The notes beneath the pieces are model-generated. The model worked only from the letters and a program-made list of their open reading frames with translations, was not told where the DNA came from and searched no databases. Shown one piece after another: positions 39,668-49,602 of a stretch of 64,000 nt of DNA. The first letter of the stretch is position 1. Each line of letters starts with the position of its first letter. Location: NCBI GenBank assembly GCA_963667785.2, contig CAXXMU010000006.1:160001-224000 (forward strand), read 5' to 3'. Source of the DNA: Alphaproteobacteria bacterium (lineage in GTDB: Bacteria; Pseudomonadota; Alphaproteobacteria; UBA828). Both the position numbers and the translations under genes were made by a program.

Positions 39668-41839
39668 CTATGCCCTGTTCGGGTAGGTCGGGTGCCCCCA
39701 GATGTGCTTCTCGCTGATGAAGGGAAGCGGATACTGCGGATTGTCCGACTCGAATTCGCGGCCTAGCCGGTGCCCTTCGAACACGGATAACTGGATGAAG
39801 CGCGGCGTGTGGCAGTCCCCCACGTGATAGACCGCCTGCACGTCGTTTTCAGGCCAGTCGTCCTTCCGCGCCTTGAGCGATGTAAACAGCTCGGTTCTCG
39901 ACTGGCGCGCCGTACAGAGGATCACGGTATCGCATTCCAGCATCGTCGTTTCGGTGCCGAGGCGCCTCGGCACGTGGCCTTTTCGCGGCGGCAGCTCGAT
40001 ATCGGCACCGTCGCGATAGGCATACGCGATCTCGACCTTGACCGTGTTGTCGACGGCAAGGGATTCGACCCAGTGAAGCGGGTAGCACTGGATCTCCTTC
40101 TCGTAGAGAAGCCGCTGCAGGTTGGGCCCCTCAAGGGTGTTCTGGCAGAACGGGGCGACCTCGTTGAACTGGGTGACGACGGAGACCTGCTTGCCTCTCT
40201 CCGCCATGATTTCGGCCATCGCGACGCCGGTGAAGTAGCCGTCGCCGTCCAGGATCACCACGCGATCACCGAGTTCCTTTCCGTTCATCACCTGCTCGGG
40301 CGTGCAGAACTGCGGCGCTTCGGCATCGGCGCCCTCGATCGGTCCGAAGTTGACGGCGTTGAGCCCATCCGAGGCCCAACGGGCGCCGACGGCGATCACG
40401 ACCTTGTCAGCTCCGTAGGCAAGCACGCTGTCGGCCGTCATGTCGTCCACGCCGGTGTGCACCTCGACGGTCCTGAGCTTGTCGAGCTGGGTCTGCCGGT
40501 AGCTGATGATGCGGCCCCATTCCGCAAGCCCCGGGTAGCGCATGACCTGGCGGATGTGCCCTCCGATCTCGTCTTCGCGCTCGCGCAGGTGAACGTCGTA
40601 GCCTCGCTCGCCGAGCACGCGCGCGCATTCCATCCCTGCGGGGCCGGCACCCACGACCAGGACCGAACAGGGATTCTCCGCCCTTTCGAACTCTTCGGGA
40701 TGCCAGCCCCGCCGGTACTCCTCCATCGCCGTCGCGTTCTGGGTGCAGATGAGCGGGGCCTCCAGGTTGAACTGTGAGACGCAGATGTTGCAGCCGATGC
40801 ACTCCCGGATGTCGTCTGTCCTGCCTTCCCTGATCTTGCGTGGCAGAAACGGATCGGCGATCGACGGCCGCGCGGCGCCGATCAGGTCCGCCTCGCCGGC
40901 GCGGATGATGCGCACCATGTCGTCCGGGCTGGTGACCCGTCCCACGCCGACTACGGGGACATTCGTCACTTCTTTGACCGCCTTGGTGGCCCAGGTCTGA
41001 TAGGCGGGCTCGAAGAAGCGCGAGGGGCCGGCGTCGTTGCCCCACTCCATGAAGTACGAGATTTTGATGTTCCAGAGATCGCACACGCCTTCACGCGTGA
41101 CCAACTCCACGAACTTGAGGCCCTCCTCCAATTCCAGCCCCGCCGGCCCCAGCAAATTGTCGATCGCGATGCGCGTGCCGACGGCGACGCGATCGCCCAC
41201 GGCGCGCTTGAGAGCCGCCATGGTCTCCAGCCAGAAGCGGGCGCGGTTCTCGAACGAGCCGCCCCAGCGGTCGGTGCGCTTGTTGTACATCGGCTGGAGA
41301 AACTGGGTCGGAAGCGAGGAATCCGAGCCGACGATGTCGATGTAGTCGAAGCCCGCGTCCTCGGACAGTTTGGCGGCATCGACATACATCTGAATGAGCT
41401 CGCGGATGTCGTCTTCGTCGCACTCGTGGCAGTAGTTCTGATAGGCCGTTTCCGACGGCATCTGGCTGGGGCCGCGGGCGATCCCGAGGGTTTCGCGCAC
41501 CGGCGCGTGCGCGCCGCCGTACCAGAGCTGAATACCGGCCAGAGCACCGTGCCGATGCACGCTCTCGGTCGTGTGTCGCAGATTGATGACGTCGCCTTCG
41601 TCCCATAGACGCACGCCGATGTGGGGCGTGTCGTCGGATTCCGGGCTGATTGCGCAGTATTCGACGCAAACGACTCCCCAGCCGCCCTCGGCCTTCATCG
41701 CGCGAAAGGCAGCCTGAGCGCCGGGTCTCTGGGAGCCTGCGCCGTTGCAATGAGGAACCTGGAAGAATCGATTGGGAGCCTGCTTTGGCCCTATTCGAAC
41801 GGGCTCGAACAGGACGTCATACGTCGGATTGCGCGTCAT
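39668..41839 (-). CDS. Trimethylamine/dimethylamine/histamine dehydrogenase-family iron-sulfur flavoprotein (variant active site)
   Basis: QVPHC (covalent FMN Cys), KAEGGW, EWGNDAGPSRF, CIGCNIC..CTQN 4Fe-4S ligands, EEYRRGWHPE, VVGAGPAG. Confidence 0.88.
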   Translation of the reverse strand: MTRNPTYDVLFEPVRIGPKQAPNRFFQVPHCNGAGSQRPGAQAAFRAMKAEGGWGVVCVEYCAISPESDDTPHIGVRLWDEGDVINLRHTTESVHRHGALAGIQLWYGGAHAPVRETLGIARGPSQMPSETAYQNYCHECDEDDIRELIQMYVDAAKLSEDAGFDYIDIVGSDSSLPTQFLQPMYNKRTDRWGGSFENRARFWLETMAALKRAVGDRVAVGTRIAIDNLLGPAGLELEEGLKFVELVTREGVCDLWNIKISYFMEWGNDAGPSRFFEPAYQTWATKAVKEVTNVPVVGVGRVTSPDDMVRIIRAGEADLIGAARPSIADPFLPRKIREGRTDDIRECIGCNICVSQFNLEAPLICTQNATAMEEYRRGWHPEEFERAENPCSVLVVGAGPAGMECARVLGERGYDVHLREREDEIGGHIRQVMRYPGLAEWGRIISYRQTQLDKLRTVEVHTGVDDMTADSVLAYGADKVVIAVGARWASDGLNAVNFGPIEGADAEAPQFCTPEQVMNGKELGDRVVILDGDGYFTGVAMAEIMAERGKQVSVVTQFNEVAPFCQNTLEGPNLQRLLYEKEIQCYPLHWVESLAVDNTVKVEIAYAYRDGADIELPPRKGHVPRRLGTETTMLECDTVILCTARQSRTELFTSLKARKDDWPENDVQAVYHVGDCHTPRFIQLSVFEGHRLGREFESDNPQYPLPFISEKHIWGHPTYPNRA

Positions 41840-42018
41840 CGCCTTGCCCTCGCATGTATCGCCTGCATCCCACGGCATCCAAGCATGACGCGGCCCGCAT
41901 TCGGATGCAAAATGCCGACCGGGAGAAAGCGCCGGTACAGCCTCGACCATCCGGCGATCCCCCGGGGCCGGCAGTCGTACGACGCGACCGCGCCGATCCC
42001 TGGGAAGGAGCTTGAACG

Positions 42019-43341
42019 ATGGCCCGCTCCAACGACGATCTGAGCCAGCGCGACACCGCGGCGATTGCGGAGATTCAGAAGCTCCGCTTCAACCCGCTGG
42101 CGGCCCGCGGCGGCAGCGGCTCCTACCTCACCAGCGAGGACGGCCGGCGCATCCTCGATCTCTCGGCGTCCGCGACCGCCGCGAGCCTCGGCTACGCCCA
42201 CCCGGCAGTGACCGAAGCGGTGACCAGGGCGCTCACCGACATGGCGGGTGCGAGCCTCTTGATGTACCCGAACGAGTCGGCCGCCGCGCTCGCCGAAGCG
42301 TTGCTCCAGGTCACGCCGGGTAGTGGCGAGCGGCGCGTCTGGTTCGGCCATTCCGGCTCGGACGCGAACGATGCCGCGGCCCGCGTGCTGGAGGCGGCCA
42401 CCGGCCGCCCCCGCTTCATCTCGTTCATCGGCTCCTATCACGGCGGGGTCGCAGGCTCGATGGCGATCTCGGGCCATACCGCGATGACCCACACCCTGCC
42501 GCGACCGGGCCTGGTGCTGCTGCCCTATCCCGACCCGTACCGGCCGCGCTTCTCGGCGGACGACGTGCTCGACATGCTGGACTACCAGTTCGAAACCACG
42601 TGTCCGCCGGAACAGGTCGCCGCCGTCTTCATCGAGCCCATCATGTCCGACGGCGGGCTCATCGTGCCGCCCGCAGGCTTCCTGAAGGCGCTGGAGGAGC
42701 GCTGCCGGCGACACGGCATTCTCACGGTGCTCGACGAGGTCAAGGTCGGCTGCGGGCGCAGCGGGCTGTTCCACGCCTTCAGTCACGAGGGCCTGGAGCC
42801 CGACATGGTGGTGCTCGGCAAGGGGCTGGGCGGCGGCCTGCCGCTCTCCGCCGTGATCGGGCCCGCGGACGTTCTGGACCACCGCCCCGCCTTCGCCATC
42901 CAGACCACCGGAGGCAATCCGGTCTGCACCGCCGCGGGCCTCGCCGTGCTGCGCACCATTCTCGACGAGGACCTTCCCGATCACGCCGCGCGCATGGGCA
43001 AGCAACTGGCGGACGGCCTGCGGGCGCTGGGCGAACGACACGCGATGATCGGCGATGTGCGCGGCCGCGGGCTCGCGATCGGTGTCGACCTGGTGCGGGA
43101 CCGCGAGAGCAAGGCGCCGGTCGACGCCACCACCACGGCCAAGGTGATCCTGCGCGCCTACGAGCTTGGCGCGAGCTTCATCTATGTCGGGCTTGCCGCC
43201 AACGTGCTGGAAATCACGCCACCCCTGAACTTGAGCGACGCAGAACGCGGCGAGGGGCTTGCCATCATTGACCGGGCCCTCACCGATGTCGCCGAGGGCC
43301 GCGTCTCCGACGAGGCGGTGCAGGCCTACATGAACTGGTGA
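42019..43341 (+). CDS. Class III PLP aminotransferase (GabT-like)
   Basis: SGSDAN, SYHG, IEPIMSDGG, DEVKVG, LGKGLGGG, GDVRGRGL; AAGGAG RBS. Confidence 0.9.
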   Translation: MARSNDDLSQRDTAAIAEIQKLRFNPLAARGGSGSYLTSEDGRRILDLSASATAASLGYAHPAVTEAVTRALTDMAGASLLMYPNESAAALAEALLQVTPGSGERRVWFGHSGSDANDAAARVLEAATGRPRFISFIGSYHGGVAGSMAISGHTAMTHTLPRPGLVLLPYPDPYRPRFSADDVLDMLDYQFETTCPPEQVAAVFIEPIMSDGGLIVPPAGFLKALEERCRRHGILTVLDEVKVGCGRSGLFHAFSHEGLEPDMVVLGKGLGGGLPLSAVIGPADVLDHRPAFAIQTTGGNPVCTAAGLAVLRTILDEDLPDHAARMGKQLADGLRALGERHAMIGDVRGRGLAIGVDLVRDRESKAPVDATTTAKVILRAYELGASFIYVGLAANVLEITPPLNLSDAERGEGLAIIDRALTDVAEGRVSDEAVQAYMNW

Positions 43342-43498
43342 GCGACCGCCCCGCGCGGCGCGCATTGACGGGACTGAGGACGTGACATTGGTGAGACGTC
43401 CGGGCTACCGTCGGATTCGATGCTTCGAGCATCATTTCCCCAACGAACAAGAAAATATCGTCGGTACAACTGACGTGAACAAGAAAGGGAGGTCAACG

Positions 43499-44893
43499 AT
43501 GTCGATAATCAACAAGCTTGCCCTCGGAGCCGGCGCCGCTGCGCTGGCCGCCGTTCTGGCCGGGGCGCCCCTGGATGCCAACGAGGCGCACGCCTGGTCG
43601 CTGGAGGAGGCGGCCAAGCCCTATGCCGGAACGGAAGTCCGCGGCATCTGCGACGGTTACGCGCCGTGCATGTCCTATGTCGCGCTGACCGACGAATTCG
43701 AGCAGCTCACCGGCATCAAGGTGAACTTCGAGATCGCCGACCTCGCGGCGATTCAGACCCAGTTCCTGACGGACCAGATCACCGCATCGCAGTATTACGA
43801 TATGGTCGAGGTGGTATCGTTCTCCACGGGCGTGTTTCCGGCCCATGGTTTCGTGCACGACTGGTCCACGTTTACCGACAATCCGGCGCTGAAGGATCCG
43901 GACGTCAATTTCGCGACTGACCTCGTCCCGGCGCTCTACGAAGTTTCGACTCTTCACGACGGCAATCTCTACAGCGTGCCAACAAAGTACGTGCTGGCCT
44001 TCATGGTCTACCGCAGCGACCTCGTAACCGACGAGGAGAAGGCCAACTTCGAAGCGGCGAACGGCTACGCCATGCCGCTACCGCCGACCACCTGGCAGCA
44101 CTATCACGACCTCGCCGCCTTCTACACGCGCGAGAAGGGCGAGACGCTGGCGGGGCAGGTGCTGGAGAGCGACTTCTACGGCACGATCGTGCCCTTCAAG
44201 CGCCACCTCGCCGTGCTCTACGACTACGAGCGCATCCTGATCAACATGGGCGGCCGCTATCTGGACGAGAACGGCAACGTCGCGCTCGACGAAGGCGATG
44301 CCGCGGTCAAGGCGCTCGAGTTCATGCTCTCGCTCCGGCCCTACTCGAACCCCGGCTACATGGAAGCGACCTGGGACGAAGAGTACTCGGAGATGTGCGC
44401 CGGCAATCTGTTCACCATGTTCACCTGGGGCGATACCACGCCCTACCTCGAGATTCCGGAAGACTGCCCCGGTTCGGCCGGAAAGATGACCTACTATGCG
44501 CATCCCGGCATGGGGCTCTCCATCGCCGAGGCCAACAACTGGATGATTCCGAAGAGCGCCCAGAACCCGGAAGCCGCGTTCCTCTTCGCCCAGTGGATCA
44601 ACCGCAAGGACATCCAGGCCCGGACCATGCCGGCGGGCGGCAATCCGACCCGGAGCGACGTCTACGCAATGCCCGAGTGGAGCGACCCGAACTGGGTGAA
44701 CATCCAGCGCGACCAGCTCTATCGGTGGCTTGAGGAGAACGACAAGCTGCTGCCCCGTCCGAATCCGCCGACGTGGCTCGCCTGGACGGAGATCTTCACG
44801 GAAGAGCTCTCCAACGCCGGCGCCGGGAACCAGGATGCGGCGACGACAATCGCCAACATCGCGCAGCGGATGCGCGACGTGGCGGAGCAATAA
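43499..44893 (+). CDS. ABC substrate-binding protein (family 1)
   Basis: Sec signal ending AHA; FEQLTGIKV, MVYRSDL, PPTTW, IPKSAQNPEAA; GGAGG RBS. Confidence 0.85.
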   Translation: MSIINKLALGAGAAALAAVLAGAPLDANEAHAWSLEEAAKPYAGTEVRGICDGYAPCMSYVALTDEFEQLTGIKVNFEIADLAAIQTQFLTDQITASQYYDMVEVVSFSTGVFPAHGFVHDWSTFTDNPALKDPDVNFATDLVPALYEVSTLHDGNLYSVPTKYVLAFMVYRSDLVTDEEKANFEAANGYAMPLPPTTWQHYHDLAAFYTREKGETLAGQVLESDFYGTIVPFKRHLAVLYDYERILINMGGRYLDENGNVALDEGDAAVKALEFMLSLRPYSNPGYMEATWDEEYSEMCAGNLFTMFTWGDTTPYLEIPEDCPGSAGKMTYYAHPGMGLSIAEANNWMIPKSAQNPEAAFLFAQWINRKDIQARTMPAGGNPTRSDVYAMPEWSDPNWVNIQRDQLYRWLEENDKLLPRPNPPTWLAWTEIFTEELSNAGAGNQDAATTIANIAQRMRDVAEQ

Positions 44894-45101
44894 GGGCGGG
44901 GGTGTCGCAGCCCAGGGAAACCTGCTTCGGGGGGCCGAACCGGCCCTCGGGACCCCGACCTGGGCTCGCAGGATAGGCTGAGTGCCGTCCCCGGTGTTGC
45001 GCCCGGCAACGCCGGGGACCGGCTGCGTTGACGGCGGCGCAGCGTCGCTGTGAGCGTGGGCTCGGGTCAAGCCGTCCCTGAACTCCGAGAAGGGCCTTGT
45101 C

Positions 45102-46622
45102 ATGGCAGACGTCCATTACGACGCGATCATCGTCGGCGCGGGTCATAACGGGCTGGTCGCCGCCTTCTACCTCGCGCGCGCCGGACGGAAGGTGCTGCTC
45201 TGCGAGCGCCGGTCGTTCGTGGGCGGTGCCTGCGCCACCGAAGAGCTGTTCGATGGCTATCGGGTGTCGTCCTGTGCCTACGTGATGTGGAAGCTGGAGC
45301 AAAAGGTGCGCGACGACATGGGGTTGGACAGGCGCGGCCTGACCATGCATCTGATCGACCCGCCGGTGTTCTTTCCCTACGAAGACGGTTCGCACGCGTT
45401 CCTGCACTACGACATGGATCGCACGGTGGAATCGATCGCGCGGCTGAACCGCCATGATGCCGCGCGATTTTCCGACTGGGTGGACCTCTGGACCCGGGCA
45501 ACGGGGCTGGTGCAGCCCTACATGCTGACCGATCCGCCGACACTCTCCGACGTCTGGGAACGCGCCAAGGCAAGCGGGGACGAAGCCGTGCTGGAGCGCT
45601 TTCTCACCAGCTCGCTCGTCGATCTCGCGGCCGACCACTTCGAGGACGAGCGCGTGCGCGCGATGATGCTCTACGTGCAGGATATCGCCGATCCCCATGC
45701 GCCGGGCAGCGCCTGGGCCGAGGTCTTTTTCCAGTTCGGCGCCGCGGGCGGACACGGCTACTACGTCGTCGAAGGGGGCATGGGCTCGATCACGCAATAC
45801 ATGGCCGATGCCGTGACCGAGCAGGGCGGCGAAATCCGTTGCGACGCGCCGGTCGCGCAGGTCTTGGTGGAGAACGGCGTGGCCAGCGGTGTGCGCCTCG
45901 AATCGGGCGAGGAGATCAGCGCAGGCATCGTGGTGTCGAACGCCGATCCCAAGCGCACCTATCGCACCCTCTTTTCCGCCGATGACCTGCCCGGCGACCT
46001 CGCCAGGCGCGTGGAACGGCTCAAGACCGGAACAGGCTACTTCAAGTTCCACTGCGTGATGGACGACGTTCCGGATGTCTCGGGCTACCTCGATGGGTAC
46101 GACGGCCCGCCCATCTCCTACATCATGATCGCGCCCAGCCTCGACCACTACGCGCGGGCGGGGGCTGAGATGCGCGCAGGCGTGCCCTGCAGCGAGCCGA
46201 TCTGCCACCTTCAGGTGCCGACGCTCTACGACGGGACCCTGACCGATCGCGACGGCCATATCTGCTCGATCTGGGGGCTCTATGCGCCGGCGCACCTGGC
46301 GGAGGGCACGTGGGATGAGCGCCGCGAGGAGGTGGGCGAAGGCGTCATCGATTACGTGACGCGGTTCGTCCCCAACTTCCGCTCCGCGATTCGCGAATGG
46401 ATGTTCATGAGCCCGTGGGACATCGAGCAGCGCGCCGGCATCACCGACGGCGCGATCCGCCATCTCGACGTGGTGCCGAGCCAGTTCCTGAACGGGCGGC
46501 AAAGCTACGACACGCCGATCGGGAACTTCTATCTCTGCGGCGGCGGTACCCATCCGGCCGGTGAGGTCACCGGCGCGCCGGGCCACAATGCCGCGCATCA
46601 CATCTTGCGGACCAACGCCTAG
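45102..46622 (+). CDS. PYROXD2-like (phytoene-dehydrogenase superfamily) FAD oxidoreductase
   Basis: YDAIIVGAGHNGLVAA..ERR..GGACATEE, VVSNADPKRT, YLCGGGTHPAGEVTGAPGHNAA. Confidence 0.85.
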   Translation: MADVHYDAIIVGAGHNGLVAAFYLARAGRKVLLCERRSFVGGACATEELFDGYRVSSCAYVMWKLEQKVRDDMGLDRRGLTMHLIDPPVFFPYEDGSHAFLHYDMDRTVESIARLNRHDAARFSDWVDLWTRATGLVQPYMLTDPPTLSDVWERAKASGDEAVLERFLTSSLVDLAADHFEDERVRAMMLYVQDIADPHAPGSAWAEVFFQFGAAGGHGYYVVEGGMGSITQYMADAVTEQGGEIRCDAPVAQVLVENGVASGVRLESGEEISAGIVVSNADPKRTYRTLFSADDLPGDLARRVERLKTGTGYFKFHCVMDDVPDVSGYLDGYDGPPISYIMIAPSLDHYARAGAEMRAGVPCSEPICHLQVPTLYDGTLTDRDGHICSIWGLYAPAHLAEGTWDERREEVGEGVIDYVTRFVPNFRSAIREWMFMSPWDIEQRAGITDGAIRHLDVVPSQFLNGRQSYDTPIGNFYLCGGGTHPAGEVTGAPGHNAAHHILRTNA

Positions 46623-46650
46623 GGCCCCGGCCTGTCCCGAGGCGCCTCGC

Positions 46651-46746
46651 ATGAATGCATCGTTCCCGGATCAGGCGAGAGTGGTGATCGTCGGCGCGCC
46701 GTCGAAGGCGATGGAGGCGCGGCGCGGCGACGCGGGCTCGCCATGA
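46651..46746 (+). pseudogene. Vestigial N-terminus of a GcvT-family (sarcosine/dimethylglycine dehydrogenase-like) gene
   Basis: GAGG RBS + MNASFPDQARVVIVGA then unrelated tail; stop overlaps the permease ATG (ATGA). Confidence 0.5.
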
Positions 46747-47672
46747 GCAACGGTGCGTCGAGCGGAGGCGTCCTGGCCGATTCCGCGTCGACCAGAACCT
46801 TCCTCTGGGTCTGCATGGGCCCGGTTCTGGTGTTCCTGCTCATCGTGGCGATCGCGCCCATGACGCTCGCGATCGTGGACAGCCTCCGCGAGCTCTCGCT
46901 CACCAGCCTGACGAAGCGGGGCCAGTTCATCGGGCTCGACAACTACCGCGATCTGATCGCAACCGATTCGAAGTTCTACGCGGCGATCGCGCACACGGCG
47001 ATCTTCATGGCCGTCGTGGTGCCGGTGGAGTTCGTGCTCGGCCTGATGATCGCGCTGTGGCTCAATCGCGAGTTCGCCGGCCGCCGGCTGGTGCTGACGA
47101 TCATCATGATCCCCACCATGATCGCACCGGTGGTGGTGGGCATGATCTGGCGTTTCTTCCTGATGCCGAGCTTCGGTGTGCTCACCGTCTACCTCAACCG
47201 GATCGGGCTGTTCGAGGACACGAGTGTCTTCTCGGGCCCGGTGACCGCGTTCGGCGCCCTGATGATCATCGACATCTGGGAGTGGACCCCCTTCATCATG
47301 CTGATCATGCTGGCGGGGCTTTCGGCGGTCCCGAGAGCGCCGATTGAGGCGGCGACCCTGGACGGGGCGTCGCGCTGGCAGATTCTGCGCCACATCGAGC
47401 TCCCGATGCTGGTGCCGCTGATCATCATCGCGCTCATGCTGCGCGCAATCGACGCGAGCAAGATCTTCGACACGATCCATGTGCTGACCGGCGGCGGGCC
47501 GGGAAACGCAACGGAAGTCATCGCCACCTTCGCCTATCGCACCAATTTCCTGACGTGGAACCTGGGCTACGGTGCGGCGGTCTGTCTGGTGCTCGCGTTC
47601 GCGTCGCTCGTGATGGCGGCGCTCTTCTACAAGATCGTGAGCGGCAAGGCGCCGACTCAGGAGGCGGCCTAG
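46743..47672 (+). CDS. ABC permease (MalF-like)
   Basis: DIWEWTPF, EAATLDGA, TGGGPG. Confidence 0.9.
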   Translation: MSNGASSGGVLADSASTRTFLWVCMGPVLVFLLIVAIAPMTLAIVDSLRELSLTSLTKRGQFIGLDNYRDLIATDSKFYAAIAHTAIFMAVVVPVEFVLGLMIALWLNREFAGRRLVLTIIMIPTMIAPVVVGMIWRFFLMPSFGVLTVYLNRIGLFEDTSVFSGPVTAFGALMIIDIWEWTPFIMLIMLAGLSAVPRAPIEAATLDGASRWQILRHIELPMLVPLIIIALMLRAIDASKIFDTIHVLTGGGPGNATEVIATFAYRTNFLTWNLGYGAAVCLVLAFASLVMAALFYKIVSGKAPTQEAA

Positions 47673-48488
47673 ATGCTGCGCCGCAACTGGGTCACCTTCC
47701 TCGTTCCTCTGGTCCTCTTGCTGGGCGTCGCGCTGATTCCCTATATCTGGATTCTGCTCGCGAGCTTCAAGGAACGGGTGGACTTGATTACGCCCGATCC
47801 GAAGTGGGTATTCGAGCCCACGGTCGTCAATTATGTCGAAATCTTCGGAAGGGGCTTCGACGTGTTTCTCCTGAACTCGATCATTATCGGGTTCTCGAGC
47901 ACCGCGTTGACCGTGATTGTCGGCACCATGGCGGCCTACGGCTTCTCCCGCTTCAAGATCCCGGCGGGGAATCACCTGTTCTTCCTGATCCTGGCGACGC
48001 GGCTCGGGCCGCCGGTCGCCTACGCCTTGCCGATGTACCTGGTTTTCGACGCCTTCGGCCTCGTCAACAGCCATTTCGCGGTCATACTCGCCCACGCGAC
48101 CTTCAATCTCGTCCTCGTGGTCTGGATGATGCGGTCGTTCTTCAACGACGTCCCGCGCGAGATCGAGGAGGCCGCTTACCTGGATGGTTGTGGGCATTTT
48201 CGGGTGTTCTGGCGCTTCGCGATCCCGATGACGTACCCCGGCCTCGTGGCGGTCATGATCTTCGTGTTCATCTTTTCGTGGAACGAGTTGCTGTTCGCCC
48301 TGATTCTCTCAGGCGGGGAGACACGAACGCTCCCGGTGATGATACCGTCCCTCGTGCTGCACACAGGCACGCTCTGGGGGCAGGTCGCCGCAGCCTCGAT
48401 CATTCAGAGCATCCCCGTGCTCATCTTCATCTTCTTCATTCAGAAGAAGCTGGTGCAGGGCCTGACCTTCGGCGCGGTCAAGGGCTGA
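47673..48488 (+). CDS. ABC permease (MalG-like)
   Basis: PREIEEAAYLDG, SWNE, GLTFGAVKG. Confidence 0.9.
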   Translation: MLRRNWVTFLVPLVLLLGVALIPYIWILLASFKERVDLITPDPKWVFEPTVVNYVEIFGRGFDVFLLNSIIIGFSSTALTVIVGTMAAYGFSRFKIPAGNHLFFLILATRLGPPVAYALPMYLVFDAFGLVNSHFAVILAHATFNLVLVVWMMRSFFNDVPREIEEAAYLDGCGHFRVFWRFAIPMTYPGLVAVMIFVFIFSWNELLFALILSGGETRTLPVMIPSLVLHTGTLWGQVAAASIIQSIPVLIFIFFIQKKLVQGLTFGAVKG

Positions 48489-48522
48489 GGCACGCGCGCC
48501 TCCCGCGGCGGTCGGGAGAGCC

Positions 48523-49602
48523 TCAGGCGCGCAGGCGCTCGCCCGTTTCGGTGTCGAACGCGAGCACCTTCACGGGATCGGTGAAGAGCCTGACGGTATC
48601 GCCGTAGCGGATCGCATCGTTGCGGATCGTCTTGGCGGTAAGGGCCGGCCCCTCGGACGAGAGCTCGAGGATCGTCTCGGCACCCAGATGCTCGACGGCC
48701 TCGACCCGACAGTCCAGCCCGACCGCGTCGCCATCGGATCCGGGAGCGAGGAATTCCGGGCGGATACCGAGCGTGACGGCTCGCCCCTGCGCCGCAGCGT
48801 GGGTCGGCGGCAGCCCGAGTGCGAGTTCGCCGGCGCGAAAGACCGGCGCGCCGTCGGAGGGCTCCACCACGCCGTCGATCAGGTTCATGGTCGGGCTGCC
48901 GATGAAGCCCGCGACGAACATGTTGTCCGGGTTGTCGTAGACGGCGAGCGGCGTGCCGATTTGCTGGATGCGTCCTTCGTTCATGACGACGATGCGATCG
49001 CCCATGGTCATCGCCTCGGTCTGATCGTGGGTGACGTAGATCATCGTCGCGGAGAGCCTGTGATGAAGCTTGATCAACTCGCCGCGCATCGCCATGCGCA
49101 GCTTGGCGTCCAGATTGGACAGCGGCTCGTCGAACAGGAAGACCGCCGGATCCCTCACGATCGCCCGCCCCAGAGCGACCCGCTGCTGCTGCCCGCCCGA
49201 CAGGGTCTTGGGCTTGCGCGACAACTCCTCGGTGATGCCGAGGATCGTCGCCGCGTCCCGAACGCGCCGGTCGATCTCGTCGCGCGGCACCTTCTTCAGT
49301 TTCAGGGCGAAGCCCATGTTGTCGGCGACCGACATGTGCGGGTAGAGGGCGTAGGACTGGAACACCATCGCGACATCGCGGTCCTTGGCGTGGACGCTGG
49401 CGACGTCGCGATCGCCGATGTAGATGCTTCCCGAGGTGACCGCCTCCAATCCAGCGATCATGCGCAGGCATGTCGTCTTGCCGGAGCCCGAGGGACCGAC
49501 CAGGACCACGAACTCGCCGCTTCCGATGCTGAGATCGACGGCGTCGACGGCGGCCACGGCGCCGAAGCGCTTGGTGAGGCCTTCGAGCCGCACCGCGCTC
49601 AT
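48523..49602 (-). CDS. MalK-like ABC ATP-binding protein, convergent on its permeases
   Basis: GPSGSGKT, LSGGQQQR, FDEPLSNLDAKLR, FIGSPTMN. Confidence 0.92.
   Translation of the reverse strand: MSAVRLEGLTKRFGAVAAVDAVDLSIGSGEFVVLVGPSGSGKTTCLRMIAGLEAVTSGSIYIGDRDVASVHAKDRDVAMVFQSYALYPHMSVADNMGFALKLKKVPRDEIDRRVRDAATILGITEELSRKPKTLSGGQQQRVALGRAIVRDPAVFLFDEPLSNLDAKLRMAMRGELIKLHHRLSATMIYVTHDQTEAMTMGDRIVVMNEGRIQQIGTPLAVYDNPDNMFVAGFIGSPTMNLIDGVVEPSDGAPVFRAGELALGLPPTHAAAQGRAVTLGIRPEFLAPGSDGDAVGLDCRVEAVEHLGAETILELSSEGPALTAKTIRNDAIRYGDTVRLFTDPVKVLAFDTETGERLRA

Noticed and set aside
45102-46622. Carotenoid biosynthesis (phytoene desaturase) call
   Set aside because: No crt genes nearby; motifs fit the PYROXD2-like branch and the context is catabolic
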